Shown: positions 50,709-62,957 of the stretch, one piece after another | Layout of the letters: each line of letters opens with the position of its first letter | Position numbering within the stretch: position 1 is the first letter of the stretch | NCBI RefSeq assembly: GCF_006345805.1 | Contig: NC_043007.1 | Coordinates: 21,762,001-21,826,000, forward strand | Length of the DNA stretch: 64,000 nucleotides | From: Octopus sinensis | Taxonomy: Eukaryota | Direction: 5' to 3' | Translations under genes and position numbers: made by a program | Notes under the pieces: generated by a model | What the model was told of the DNA's origin: nothing | The model's database searches: none | The model's input: only the letters and a program-made list of their open reading frames with translations

Positions 50709-51164
50709 CTAAAACATCAATGCAAAATTCATACAATTAGAATGGATATACAAAATGTCAGCTTCTCATTAAATTTAATAGTAATTTACTAAAGTTTATT
50801 GACACTGCGTGGCATCTTGGGCAAGTGTCTTCTGCTATAGCCCCAGGCTGACCAATGCCTTGTGAGTGGATTTGGTAGACGGAAACTGAAAGAAGCCTGT
50901 CGTATATATGTATATATATGTATGTATATGTGTGTTTGTGTGTCTGTGCTTGCACCCCAACAACATCGCTTGACAACTAATGCTGGTGTGTTTACGTCCC
51001 CGTAACTTAGCGGTTCGGCAAAAGAGACCGATACAACAAGTACTAGGCTTCCGAAGAATAAATCCTGGGGGTCGATTTGCTCGACTAAAAGGCAGTGCTC
51101 CAGCACGGCCGCAGTCAAATGACTGAAACAAGTAAAAGAGTAAGAGTAACTATAAAATAGAATT

Positions 51165-51870
51165 ACAGTAGAACCTCGCAGTACGAGTGTGCTATTGTAC
51201 GAGTAATTTGCTGTACGAGCCGAGACTTGTGAATTTTTGTCTTGAAGTACAAGCGGAAATCCACAGTACGAACACACAAATTGTCCCATCATCATCATAA
51301 TCATCATCATCGTTTAACGTCCGCTTTCCATGCTAGCATGGGTTGGACAATTTGACTGAGGTCTGGCGAACCAGATGGCTGCACCAGGCTCCAATCTGAT
51401 CTGGCAAGTTTCTACAGCTGGATGCCCTTCCTAACGCCAACCCCACTCCGAGAGTGTAGTGGTGCTTTTACATGCCACCGGCACGAGGGCCAGTCAAGTG
51501 GTACTGGCAACAGCCATGCTCAAATGGTGCTTTTTATGTGCCACCTGCACAGGAGCAAATGTTTTTCACGTGCCACCAGTACAAGTGCCAGTAAGGCGAC
51601 GCAGGTCCCATCCCCAAAGTAATTCAGTTAATAAAACCAGTTTATATATTTCTTTTGCATTCTCTTTTTATAATTGTCATTTTATTTGTAACTACACCTT
51701 TTCTGTTTTAAAACCCATAAAAATTTATTTTCAAGTGGTTTTGGTGGGCTGGAACAGATTAATTACATTTTAGTTAATTTCAATGAGGAAAACTGATTTG
51801 TAAAAACGAGTAAGTCGTAAGATAAGCTCGGTCATGGGACGAATTAAACTCATAAAGCGAGGTATCACTG
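51165..51870. mobile_element. Tc1/mariner-pogo-like MITE with nested family D element
   Basis: TA-CAGTAGAACCTCG start and imperfect inverted end CGAGGTATCACTG. Confidence 0.55.
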
Positions 51871-52084
51871 AATTTCTAGTAAATATTCACCAATTATTTA
51901 AAATTGTATGTTGAAACAAAGTTGTGGCAAAAGACTTTCATACCGTAAACTATACAAACAAGTATCTCTGTAAATAAATACTAGCATGTGTTAATTAATT
52001 GATTGATTGATTAATTAATTAATCAATAGAAAATACAATTACAAACTATATACATAGATTGTACATCATCAAAATAAAACTCAC

Positions 52085-52216
52085 TGCCAGGACAAGTTTG
52101 GCCGTTTTCATGAATACGAATTCCCGTCGGACATGCACAAGAGTAAAAAGGTGCTTGAGGAGACATTAGACACAGGTGAGAACATCCGCCATTATTCTGA
52201 CCGCATGGATTTGTTT
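52085..52216 (-). CDS. LRP6: LRP5/6 exon, EGF repeat 1 (absent from the ORF track)
   Basis: Manual translation [44 protein letters not shown]; ccag| acceptor, |gtgagt donor, phase 1-1. Confidence 0.95.
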
Positions 52217-52370
52217 CTGGTTAATTGGAAAGAAAAAATCGTTTTTAAAAAATGGCAAAAAATACAAAAATTCATTTTTGCAAAAAAAAAAAAAAATGTA
52301 AAATAACATACATATGTGTCAAATAAATGTTATAAAACAGTGTTTATGTGTTATGTATCCTGTTTATATT

Positions 52371-52700
52371 TCGTTTTTGGATTTGGTTTGCAAGATTCTT
52401 TATATGAGTTCGTGTGTTGAAGCATATTCTGTTGTGTCTGGGGAGAGTCATTTTCTTTTTGTGCCTTATAACACACTCACCGGTAAAATTTCCACTTTTT
52501 TTCTTATTTTTATTGTCTTAAAATTTTTGTTGCATCTTGCAACCTTTTCAATAGTTTTGAGTCAAAACTATTGAAAAGGTTGCAAGATGCAACAAAAATT
52601 TTAAGACAATAAAAATAAGAAAAAAAGTGGAAATTTTACCGGTGAGTGTGTTACATTATAAGGCACAAAAAGAAAATGACTCTCCCCAGACACAACAGAA
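52371..52700. mobile_element. Near-perfect palindromic insertion (centre 52561) with decayed hammerhead-like motif
   Basis: ~140-bp arms with a 1-nt loop; 15-bp TSD TATCCTGTTTATATT (52356-70 / 52701-15); a related fragment lies at ~32417-32490. Confidence 0.8.
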
Positions 52701-53642
52701 TATCCTGTTTATATTATTCATACTAAGGTAATTCACAGACTCAACTGAAGCAAAAGATGCCATGAAATGCAGAGAGTGGAATGAGAACAGTGTATGTCCC
52801 CATGGATCGAATAAAAGGTTAGGTTTAAAATTCTGATACAACGACTGAGTTCAACAAAAGACACCTGAAGAAGGCTGGAGTATACAACAGCTGAAATGTA
52901 GTGAAAGCAACATTTAACAAGAGCACCCAGAGAGTGCAAACCACCACCAAGGCAACACCAACGTTCTCTATTGAGATTAGCCAGAGATGATTTTTAAAAT
53001 GAGAGTATCTGAAATAAACTCGAATGCTCTCACAGTGCAACACCTAAACCACCAGGCCATGCATCTTCACAGGTTAACCAACACATATCAAAATGAAAAT
53101 CAAACACCAACATCAAAATGAAAATCAAATGGAAATTGTAGTTAAGCTAGTGTGCCGGTGACTCGTTAAAAGCACTGTCTGAACGTGGAAGATGCCAGCG
53201 CCGCCTGACTGGCATCCGTGTTGGTGACATGAAACACTGCCAGATCAGACTGGAGCCCGGTGCAGCCTCCTGGCTTCTCAGAGCCCGGTCGAACCGTCCA
53301 ACCCATGCTAGCATGGAAAAAGGACGTTAAATGATGATGATGATGATGATAATGATGAAATGTAAACAGGAACATTAAACTATAGAAAAGACATAAGCCT
53401 TTGTCCATATTAACAATAATAAAAGGACCTCAATAATACCTCTGGACAACACCTCTGTCAAAAATATATAACAACCATATATATATATATATATATTTAT
53501 ATAGGGGTCGGGGAGAATTCACAAAAAACAAAAGACGAAGCAGATGGTGTAGACAACAAACAGATGTATTAGTATAACAGTCGGGAAGTGAAAAAGTCTT
53601 TAATGCTTCAAGCCTATGCTCTTCCACAGGAAGGAACATATC

Positions 53643-53673
<31 letters not shown>

Positions 53674-54249
53674 GTAACAATTGCAGCGTGGAAGGTGTTT
53701 ATAAGCCATTTAAGAAACGCACAAAACCGTTAGATTCACTTCAACATTTAAATTTAATTTGTCAAAATATTTTCGTTGCTTTGTAATAAATGTTACTTTT
53801 TTTCAGATGTATAATGTTGGAATACCAAGTAGAAAAAATAAAAATCAACAAATTTATCTGACAACCCAAAACTTTGTAAACTCCCATTTTCATAAGTACC
53901 AAACTTAAATGAATCATTAAGGAGAGATTTCATGCCAAAATGTTCAGCCTACAAGCTGGTTTACAAAGACTACATAAACCAGAGAGTGTATTCCTAAGAT
54001 ATCTGAGTTATTAATCTAATACTTATACATCTCTGCAAATCTTTATTATCTCGGTTACCAGGGTATTGGGTTTCAAATCTTAAACCCTGAGATAAACAAA
54101 TAAATCTATTTTTAAATAGTCGTTGACACCATGGGGTCAAACTGAACAAATCACAGCCAAGGAAGCTTAATTTTGTAAATCAACACTAAAAACATTTCCC
54201 ATGCCCCTGATTTGGGACTGTAGTCAAGAACATCTTACACAGCTTATGA

Positions 54250-54636
54250 GTGGAGGCGCAATGGCTCAGTGGTTAGGGCAGCGGACTCGCGGTCGTAGGA
54301 TTGCGGTTTCGATTCCCAGACCGGGCATTGTGAGTGTTTATTGAGCGAAAACACCTAAAAGCTCCACGAGGCTCCGGCAGGGGATGGTGGTGATCCCTGC
54401 TGTACTCTTTCACCACAACTTTCTCTCACTCTTACTTCCTGTTTCTGTTGTACCTGTATTTCAAAGGGCTGGCCTTGTCACTCTCTGTGTCACGCTGAAT
54501 ATCCCCGAGAACTACGTTAAGGGTGCACGTGTCTGTGGAGTGCTCAGCCACTTTCACGTTAATTTCACGAGCAGGCTGTTCCGTTGATCGGATCAACCGG
54601 AACCCTCGTCGTCGTAACCGACGGAATGCTTCCATC
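54250..54636 (+). mobile_element. tRNA-derived SINE family C
   Basis: A-box TGGCTCAGTGG, B-box GTTTCGATTCC; 11-bp TSD ACACAGCTTAT (54237-47 / 54637-47). Confidence 0.88.
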
Positions 54637-55541
54637 ACACAGCTTATAACAAATTTCCTTAATTCTATCAAAAACTTACAGGACCTACATAAAACTCATT
54701 GCCTGAAAACACACTGAACAGGTTGACACACATAGGTGCAGGAGTAGTTGTATGGTAAGAAGATTGCTTACCAACCACATAGTTCTGGGTTCAGTCCCAC
54801 TGCGTGGAACCTAGGGTAAGTGTCTTCTTCTATAACCTTGGGCCAGCCAAAGCCTTGTGAGTGTATTTGGTAGACGGAAACTGAAAGAAGCCCGTCGTAT
54901 ATATAACGTGGCACTGTCATCTATGACGGCGAAGGTCCCAGTTGATCCGATCGACAGAACACCCTGTTCATGAAAGTAATGTGCAAGTGGCTGAGTACTC
55001 CACAGACATGTGTACCCTTAACGTTGTTCTAAGGGAGATTCAGTGTGACAAAGAATGTGACAAGGACAGCCCTTGGAATTACAAATACGACCCATTTTTG
55101 CCAGCTGAGTGGATTCGAGCAACGGGAAATAAAGTGCCTTGCTCAAGGAGACAACGTGCTGCCGGGAATTGAACTCATGACCTTATGATCATGGGTCGAA
55201 TACCCAAACCACTATGCCATGCACCTTCACACACACACACACACGTGTATGTGTGTCCTCCACCACTGCTTGACAACTGGTGTTGGTGCATTTACGTCCT
55301 CCATAACTTAGTGGTTCAGCTAAAGAGACTGACAGAATAAGCAGCTGGCTTAAACAAAAAGTACTGGAGTTGATTCGTTCAACTACAATTTCGGAAGGCA
55401 GTGCCCCAGCATGGGCACAGTCTAATGATCTAAACAAGTAAAAGATCAAGAACAACCACAGTTTCTATTAATTAGGGAACTCTATTGCATGCAAGTTTTT
55501 TCTAACAAGAAACCCAACTTTTCCAGACAGCAATGCTACAT

Positions 55542-55965
55542 TATTTACATTAGATGGATATTTGTCCTCATCTTGTTTGTTGTTAACACAACGTTTTGGC
55601 TGATGTACTCTCCAGCCTTCATCAGGTGTCTTTGGGAAATTTCAAACCTGGATTCTCATTCCTAAGGTATTTTTCAATGTTATTGTTAGTATTATTATTA
55701 TTGTTGTTGTTAGTGTTCAGGTCACTGCTTGGAATCGAACTCGGAATCTTGGGGTTAGTAGCCCGTGCTCTTAACCACTACGCCATATGCCCGTGGGCAT
55801 ATGATTCCAAGCAGTGACCTGAACATTAAAAAATACCTTAGGAATGAGAAACCAGGTTCGAAATTTCCCCAAGACACCTGATGAAGGCTGGAGAGTACAT
55901 CAGCCGAAACGTTGTGTTAACAACAAACAAGATGAGGATAAATATCCGTTGAATGTAAATAATAC
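55542..55965. mobile_element. Fold-back insertion: tRNA-headed SINE carrying a hammerhead ribozyme motif
   Basis: 11-bp TSD CAATGCTACAT (55531-41 / 55966-76); long inverted arms; tRNA-like head on the minus strand at 55731-55792; hammerhead motif in both arms. Confidence 0.8.
55873..55918 (+). ncRNA. Minimal type I hammerhead ribozyme candidate
   Basis: GACAC-CTGATGA-a-GGCTG(10 nt)CAGCC-GAAA-CG-TT-GTGTT: stem I GACAC/GTGTT, stem II 5 bp, stem III reduced to the palindrome AACGTT. Confidence 0.7.
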
Positions 55966-56171
55966 CAATGCTACATGCCAAGTGATTGACTGAAAGGAAC
56001 AATTTTTTTTACTCTTTTCATTAAGGGAGAAGGCAATGCCCTTGACCTTTATAAATCCTCTAAGACTGGAAAAGGAAGAGAGGAAAGTATCCTCAAACCA
56101 GGTGATGGATTATGCCCACTACCCAGGTGTAACAGACATATTTGAAATATGCACACACACACACACACATG

Positions 56172-56204
<33 letters not shown>

Positions 56205-57118
56205 TATCATCATTTTCATATCCAATTTCCCATACTTGCATGGGTCAAATGGAATTCATTGAGTCAGATTTTCTATGGTCAGATGCCCTTCTTGGCACCA
56301 AGCCTCACCTATTTCCAAGCACGGCAATATTTCCACATGGCTAGACGTGTTTTCGCAGAAGACTGAAATGCCCAAGGTACCACGCAGTGGGACTGAAACC
56401 GGAACCATGTAGCTGGTAAGCAAGCTACTTACCACACAGCTACTTCTGCACCTATATAAACAAATGAAAGAAGACTGTGCTTGTATGGCCATGTGATGTG
56501 TATGGATGAGGACAGCTGCGTAAAGAAGTGCCGATCTCTAATTGTGGAGGATGTAGACCCCAGGAATATGTGGGATGAGGTGGTGAAATATGATCTTTGG
56601 GTGTTGAGTCACACAGAGTTGATGACAAATGACCACAAGGTTCTGAGTTCAGTCCCACTGCGTGGTACCTGGGGCAAGTGTCTTCTAATATAGCCTCAGG
56701 CCAACCAAAGCCTTGTGAATGGATTTGGTTAACGGAAACTGAAAAAAAGCCCATGGTATGTGTATGTGTGCGTTTGTCCCCTACCACCGCTTCACAACTG
56801 GTGTTGGTGTGTTTACGTCCCTTTAACTTAGGAGTCCAGCAAAAGAGAGAGAATACTAGGTTTTCAAAAAAAACAAAAAAGTACTGGGATCAATTCATTC
56901 GACTGAAAGTTCTTCGAGGCAGTGCCCCAGCATGGCCACAGTCAAATGACTGAAATAAGCAAAAGATAAAAGATACATAAAAGCAAAAGTAAATTCAATA
57001 TACAAGTAACCATGGTGACAAAAAAAAAATAAACAAAAAAAAACAAACAAAAACATGAAAATAATTGTCATGATAAACAAGCAATTTCTCTACAGAATGG
57101 TAACAATTTGCTACTCAC

Positions 57119-57519
57119 TGCTAGGCTGTCTCTTGGCAGTGTAGACATGAATATCCATTGGCGAGAAGATATCACTGTGTACCACCTCCTTATTACTTCC
57201 AGTTCTCTTATCACATGAATAAATGGCACGGGTGTGCCAATCTGTCCAAAAAAGTGTTTCTTCAAAGAGTGTCAATGCAAAAGGATGAGGTAACGAACCT
57301 TCTACAACTGGCCTGCGGTCAGATCCGTCAAAATTGCAACTATGAATAAAATTGAGTTTGGCATCAGCCCAATAAATTTTGGAATCATCATAGTCTAAAG
57401 TCAAGCCATTTGGCCAGTGGATATCTTCACTTATTATCACAGAACGATTTAATTTATTTCCATCCATTCCAGCACGTTCAATTTTAGGCCGCTCGCCCCA
57501 GTCCGTCCAGTACATATAA
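57119..57519 (-). CDS. LRP6: LRP5/6 (arrow) coding exon, first in window; second half of YWTD beta-propeller 1
   Basis: Translates [20 protein letters not shown]...[10 protein letters not shown]...KRQPS; acceptor ttttacag| at 57520-21 and donor |gtgagt at 57118; upstream exons lie outside the window. LRP5 and LRP6 are vertebrate paralogues, so this is the single LRP5/6 orthologue. Confidence 0.95.
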
Positions 57520-57666
57520 CTGTAAAATATATAAAAATATACAAATTAGAAGTTAAAATATATAAAATACAAATATATAAAAATATATAAAAATATACAA
57601 ATTAGAAGTTAAAATATATAAAATACAAATATACTTTATTTAAAGCAGTAGAAAATTCAACAAAAC

Positions 57667-57704
57667 CTGTTACTCTGAGTTTCCCGTTGCCGTTCATCGG
57701 ACAG
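57667..57704 (-). ncRNA. Hammerhead ribozyme candidate with U4C core variant
   Basis: Minus strand CTGT-CCGATGA-a-CG(gcaa)CG-g-GAAA-CTC(a)GAG-TA-ACAG; stem I CTGT/ACAG, stem III ACTC/GAGT. Confidence 0.6.
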
Positions 57705-58061
57705 TTTTTGCTAGAACAGCAACGGGAAACTCAGAGTAACAGGTGTTGTTGAATTTTCTGCTGCTTTAAATAAAGCATATTACTCTACCACTGGTATTTG
57801 AGTACTCTTTTTTCCACCTTGTTTCACATTTATGTAAAATACAAATATATAAAAATATACAAATTAGAAGTTAAAATATATAAAATACAAGTTAACCCTT
57901 TTGTTACCAACCCACCCTGGACCACCTCTGTTTCAATGATACAAACTTCATGTTTAACCTTTCCAATAATAACCTGGCTGAAACTGCTTCTGGCTCTGTA
58001 GTACAAATGTCTTGATTTTGTAAGTTTTGAATTAAAATTTTCCATCAAACTTTAGTCACAA

Positions 58062-58458
58062 CTAGCAGTATCGCCCGGCATTGCTCGGGTTTGTTTTGAC
58101 CCTTTAGAATTGGAATTTTTGAAAAGTAAAAATTTTGCATTATGTAGCTTGTTATTCTCTTTAAGTGAACATTTTTCTGGATGAAATACACAAAAAAAGT
58201 GGTGACACAAGCAGTCAAAATAATCATTAAAAAAATAGGAATTTTCAAAGAAAAAAAGCACCTTTTTTATGTAAATAATTTTTGGTCTTAACATGGTCCG
58301 ATTTAAATTTTATCTCCTACAAAAGGAAGAGCAAGCCTTCTTCTATCATACTTTCAATTTTGGTCAACTTGCGCCGCAGGGTCTCAGAGGAGATAGTGTT
58401 AGTTGAAGGCTACCAAACCTGCCACACACAGACAACTTCAGCTTTATATATATAAAGA
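58062..58458 (-). mobile_element. Helitron-like element nested in a piggyBac-like MITE
   Basis: Splits the MITE sequence gtcacaa|tttatgttcc at an A/T site with no TSD. Confidence 0.82.
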
Positions 58459-59091
58459 TTTATGTTCCTAACACTAGCTGAATGATAACTAAGTTATTTT
58501 ACTAAATTCTTTGTTATATTTAAAATTAATTGAAAGAAACGCAGAGCATCTCAAAATAAATACAGTAACGAAAGGGTTAAAGTGATCTAAAAACCATCTT
58601 TGAAAATTTCCTGTTGATTTATGTTCCAAACACCAGGTAAATAATGATAAAGTTACTTTACTCTTTACTCTCTCTTTTACACTTTTACATTTGACTGTGG
58701 CCATGCTGGAGCACCGCCTTTAGTCGAGCAAATCGACCTCAGGAACTAATCTTTGTAAGCCTAGTGTCTCTTTTGCCGAAATACTAAGTTACGGGGGTAT
58801 AAACACACCAGCATCGGTTGTCAAGTGATGCTGGGGGGAACAGACACACAAACACACACATACATACATACATGTGGAGGCGCAATGGCCCACTGGGCGC
58901 TGTGAGTGTTTAATGAACGAAAACACCTAAAAGTTCCACATTGCTCGGGCAGGGGGTGGTGGCGATTCCTTCTGTACTCTTACGCCACAACTTTCTCTCA
59001 CTCTTTCAGCGGGGTGGCTAAAAGAATGTGAAGCACATTGTGACCAGCGATGTGTAGCAATATCTGATAACCTGGTTGGTCACGTGATCAC

Positions 59092-59145
<54 letters not shown>

Positions 59146-59779
59146 TATACGACAGGCTTCTTTGAGTTTCTGTCTACCAAATCCACTCACAAGGCTCTGG
59201 TCAGCCCAAGATCATAGCAGAAGACACTTGCCCAAGGTGCCACGCAGTGGGACTGAACCCGGAACCATATGGTTGGTAAGCAAGCTACTTACCACACAGC
59301 TACTCTTGCTAAATTTTTTTATCATTTTCAAAATGATTTGAGACAAAGGCAGTGTCTTTCAACAGAAGCATGGTAACAAAACGGTTAAAAACGATTACTG
59401 AACAGGAAAATAAAAAGATTAATAAACAAATTCTTAAAAAAATCTTCTCAAACACTCTTAGAGATTTGTAGAAAAATTTATATAATTCTAGTTAATTGTT
59501 CTTACAAATGTTATATAAGTGATTAGTTACAAATATTACATAACATGAACTGAAAGTTATATATATTACATAACATGAGCTGCTAGTTAAAATATTGCAT
59601 TACATTAGTTGCTAGTTGTATAAGGATGTGATTAAAATAAAATGGAAGCAATGAGAAATAGAAAATTAAGCTCTTTTGGAGTCAGATTTTTGCATGAAAA
59701 ATGACCTTGCAGAATCTTTAAATACACAGAGACACAACTACTGGCACTGCACCACAAATGCACACACACATGCATATTC

Positions 59780-60160
<381 letters not shown>

Positions 60161-60331
60161 AAATAATAAATATTAGGGAATATATCCAATTTACAGGAAA
60201 AAAATCAGATTTAGGATAAATCAATTTTATAGTAAAATATTATAAAATATTATTTGAGACAAAACCACTATTTGCAAAACAAACAAGGAAAGACTTAATC
60301 AATACATAAATTTAATATAGTCAAAAAACCG

Positions 60332-60374
60332 CCACTACAATCGTTTCTTGTCTTGATCGACAATCTTCAGGTGG
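60332..60374 (-). ncRNA. Minimal type I hammerhead ribozyme candidate
   Basis: Minus strand CCAC-CTGAAGA-TTGTC(gatcaa)GACAA-GAAA-C(GATT)G-TA-GTGG; GUA cleavage triplet; all three stems pair. Confidence 0.78.
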
Positions 60375-60411
60375 ACTTCCAATAATTCAGTTTTGTAACT
60401 GATTATTGAAT

Positions 60412-60452
60412 CCACCTGAAGATTGTCGATCAGACAAGAAACGATTGTAGTG
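60412..60452 (+). ncRNA. Minimal type I hammerhead ribozyme candidate (inverted partner)
   Basis: CCAC-CTGAAGA-TTGTC(gatca)GACAA-GAAA-CGATTG-TA-GTG. Confidence 0.75.
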
Positions 60453-60540
60453 CGGTTTTTGACTATTTATTAATTTTATGTATTGATTAAGTCTTTCCTT
60501 GTTTGTTTTTGCAAAATAGTGGTTTGTCTCAAATAATATT

Positions 60541-60893
60541 TTATATATATATATATGTATACATGTATATACATATATACATATATATATATGTATACAT
60601 GTATATACATATATACATATATATATATATGTATACATATATACATATATATACATATATATATATATGTATACATGTATATACATATATATACATATAT
60701 ATATATATGTATACATGTATATACATATATATACATATATATATATATATGTATACATATATATATACATATATACATGTATATACATATATATACATAT
60801 ATATATATATATGTATACATGTATATACATATATATACATATATATATATATATGTATACATATATATATATATATTATACATATATATATAC

Positions 60894-60925
<32 letters not shown>

Positions 60926-61085
60926 GCATATATATATACATATATATATATATATACATATATATATGTATATATATACATATTATATGTATATATATAT
61001 ACATATATATATGTATGTATATATATATGTATATATGAATGAGTAAGTGTGTATGTGTATACGTACATATATTTATATATACAAA
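60541..61085. repeat. (TA)n/(TACA)n compound microsatellite
   Basis: Visible directly. Confidence 0.97.
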
Positions 61086-62439
61086 TATATGTAATCATAT
61101 ACGCAGTACGAATCAGCCTCTCTTCACATGGAACTGGTACATTTTACTTTGCTGCAGTTTTGACATCTGACAAACGATTATTTCGAATTAATACTTACAG
61201 AGCTCAATTTCCATAAGGAATTACACGAAGCATTTTAAGCTTATTTTTCCCCTAATAAGTCAAGGGTTAGCTCTGCGGGGGACCCCATGACACTTCCCCT
61301 CGTCTTGACCTATCCCCTCTCATCCTTCTCATCAATCTCCCTGCCTTGCCCTCATTTGCTCCTCCATCATCTTTAGCCATGTTTTCTTGGCCTTCTGCTT
61401 CGAATTCTTCCCACAGTCATTCCTACTAATCTTCTCACACAATCAATTCCATCCTTCGTCAGCCCATGACCCAGTCATTTCATCTAATTTGTCTTCACAG
61501 CATCCATTATTCCCATCATTCTCTGCAATTCACGGTCTTCCTCTTACTCTTTCACTCTCTCTCAGTAATTCTCCACTCATTCACTGAACCATTTCTCGTT
61601 CCAATTCTGTCTAACCTTCCCTACTGGTGAAGGCATGTGGCCAAGTGGTTAGGGTATTTGGCTCACAGCTGTAAGGTTCTGAGTTCAATACCCACCAGTG
61701 CACTGTGTCCTTCAGCAAGACATTTTATTTCACATTGCTCCACTCCACACAGCTAGCAAAAATGAGTTGTTTCTTATTTCTTTATTGCCCACAAGGGGCC
61801 AAACAAGAACAGACAAAGGGATGAAGTCGATTATAACGACCCCAGTGTGTAACTGGTACTTATATAATCGATCCCGAAAGGATGAGAGGCTAAGTCGACC
61901 TCAGCGGAATTTGAACTCAGAACATAACGGCAGATGAAATACCTATTTCTTTACTACCCACAAGGGGCTAAACACAGAGAAGACAAAACAAGGACAGACA
62001 AATGGATTAAGTTGATTATATCAACCCCAGAAAGGATGAAAGGCAAAGTCGACCCTGGCTGAATTTGAACTCAGAACGTAACAGCAGATGAAATACCGCT
62101 AAGCATTTCATTTGGCATGCTAACATTTCTGCCAGCTTGTCATAATTCAAGTTGGCCAGGCCTGGACTAAACCCTGTCAAAAGTTTTCTCCAGATCAACA
62201 AACCCATTAAACGACATCTGCTTATTTTCCTGCGATTGCCTTATAATAAAGACTTTATCAGTCATTCCTCTTCTTGGCACAAATTAGAATCGCATTTCAT
62301 TAATCTTTATACAGAGTGTATCCTATATCTTTATACTGTGTGCGTACATCTGTGTGTCGTAGAGAGCTTCTAGGAGTTTGGATGTCAGGAAAGGCATCCA
62401 CTGTAAAGTACGACTCAAAACAAACCCCCGTGATGAGTT

Positions 62440-62945
62440 TCCATAAACAATTGGGAAAGGTTGAAACAGCAAAGACTCTACTCCCTGGAGAGAAGACGGG
62501 AGAGGTATGCAGTAATATATATCTGGAAGATCCTGGAAGGAATTGTGCCAAATTTTGGCATTGAAAGCTACACCGATGCTAGAACGGGACAACACTGCAT
62601 AGTGCCAAAGATCCCAGCAATGCCATCACGCTTCAGGACCAGCTTCTGCAACAGCCTGGGTTTCAAGGGTCCACAGCTTTTTAATATTCTCCCAAAGAGT
62701 CTGAGGAACTTGCACAAAGTAGATGTAGCAGTTTTTAAATCAAAGCTGGACCTCTTCCTATTGAGAGTCCCAGATGAACCTACTTCACGGCAAAAGGTGC
62801 AAATGAGGGTAGCTATATCAAACTCCATGCTTCACCAAGTGCCACATATTGAAGGAGGCTCTTAGTAATAACAATGTAGCACAAAACGGCGGTGCATCAG
62901 CATGGCCGCAGCTCTGAGCTGAAACTAAATTAAAAAAAAAAAAAA
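62440..62945 (+). mobile_element. 3' fragment of a CR1/Jockey-group LINE ORF2 with 3' UTR hairpin and A-tail
   Basis: LYSLERRRERYAVIYIWKIL...GPQLFNILPKSLRN...FKSKLDLFL is a typical non-LTR ORF2 C-terminus; followed by a short tail and an A-run. Confidence 0.8.
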
Positions 62946-62957
62946 TTTGAGAAAACA

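Noticed and set aside
54250-54325. tRNA-like sequences with A and B boxes (also 2467, 32000, 55731)
   Set aside because: These are SINE heads with poor acceptor stems followed by repeat bodies and TSDs, not functional tRNA genes.
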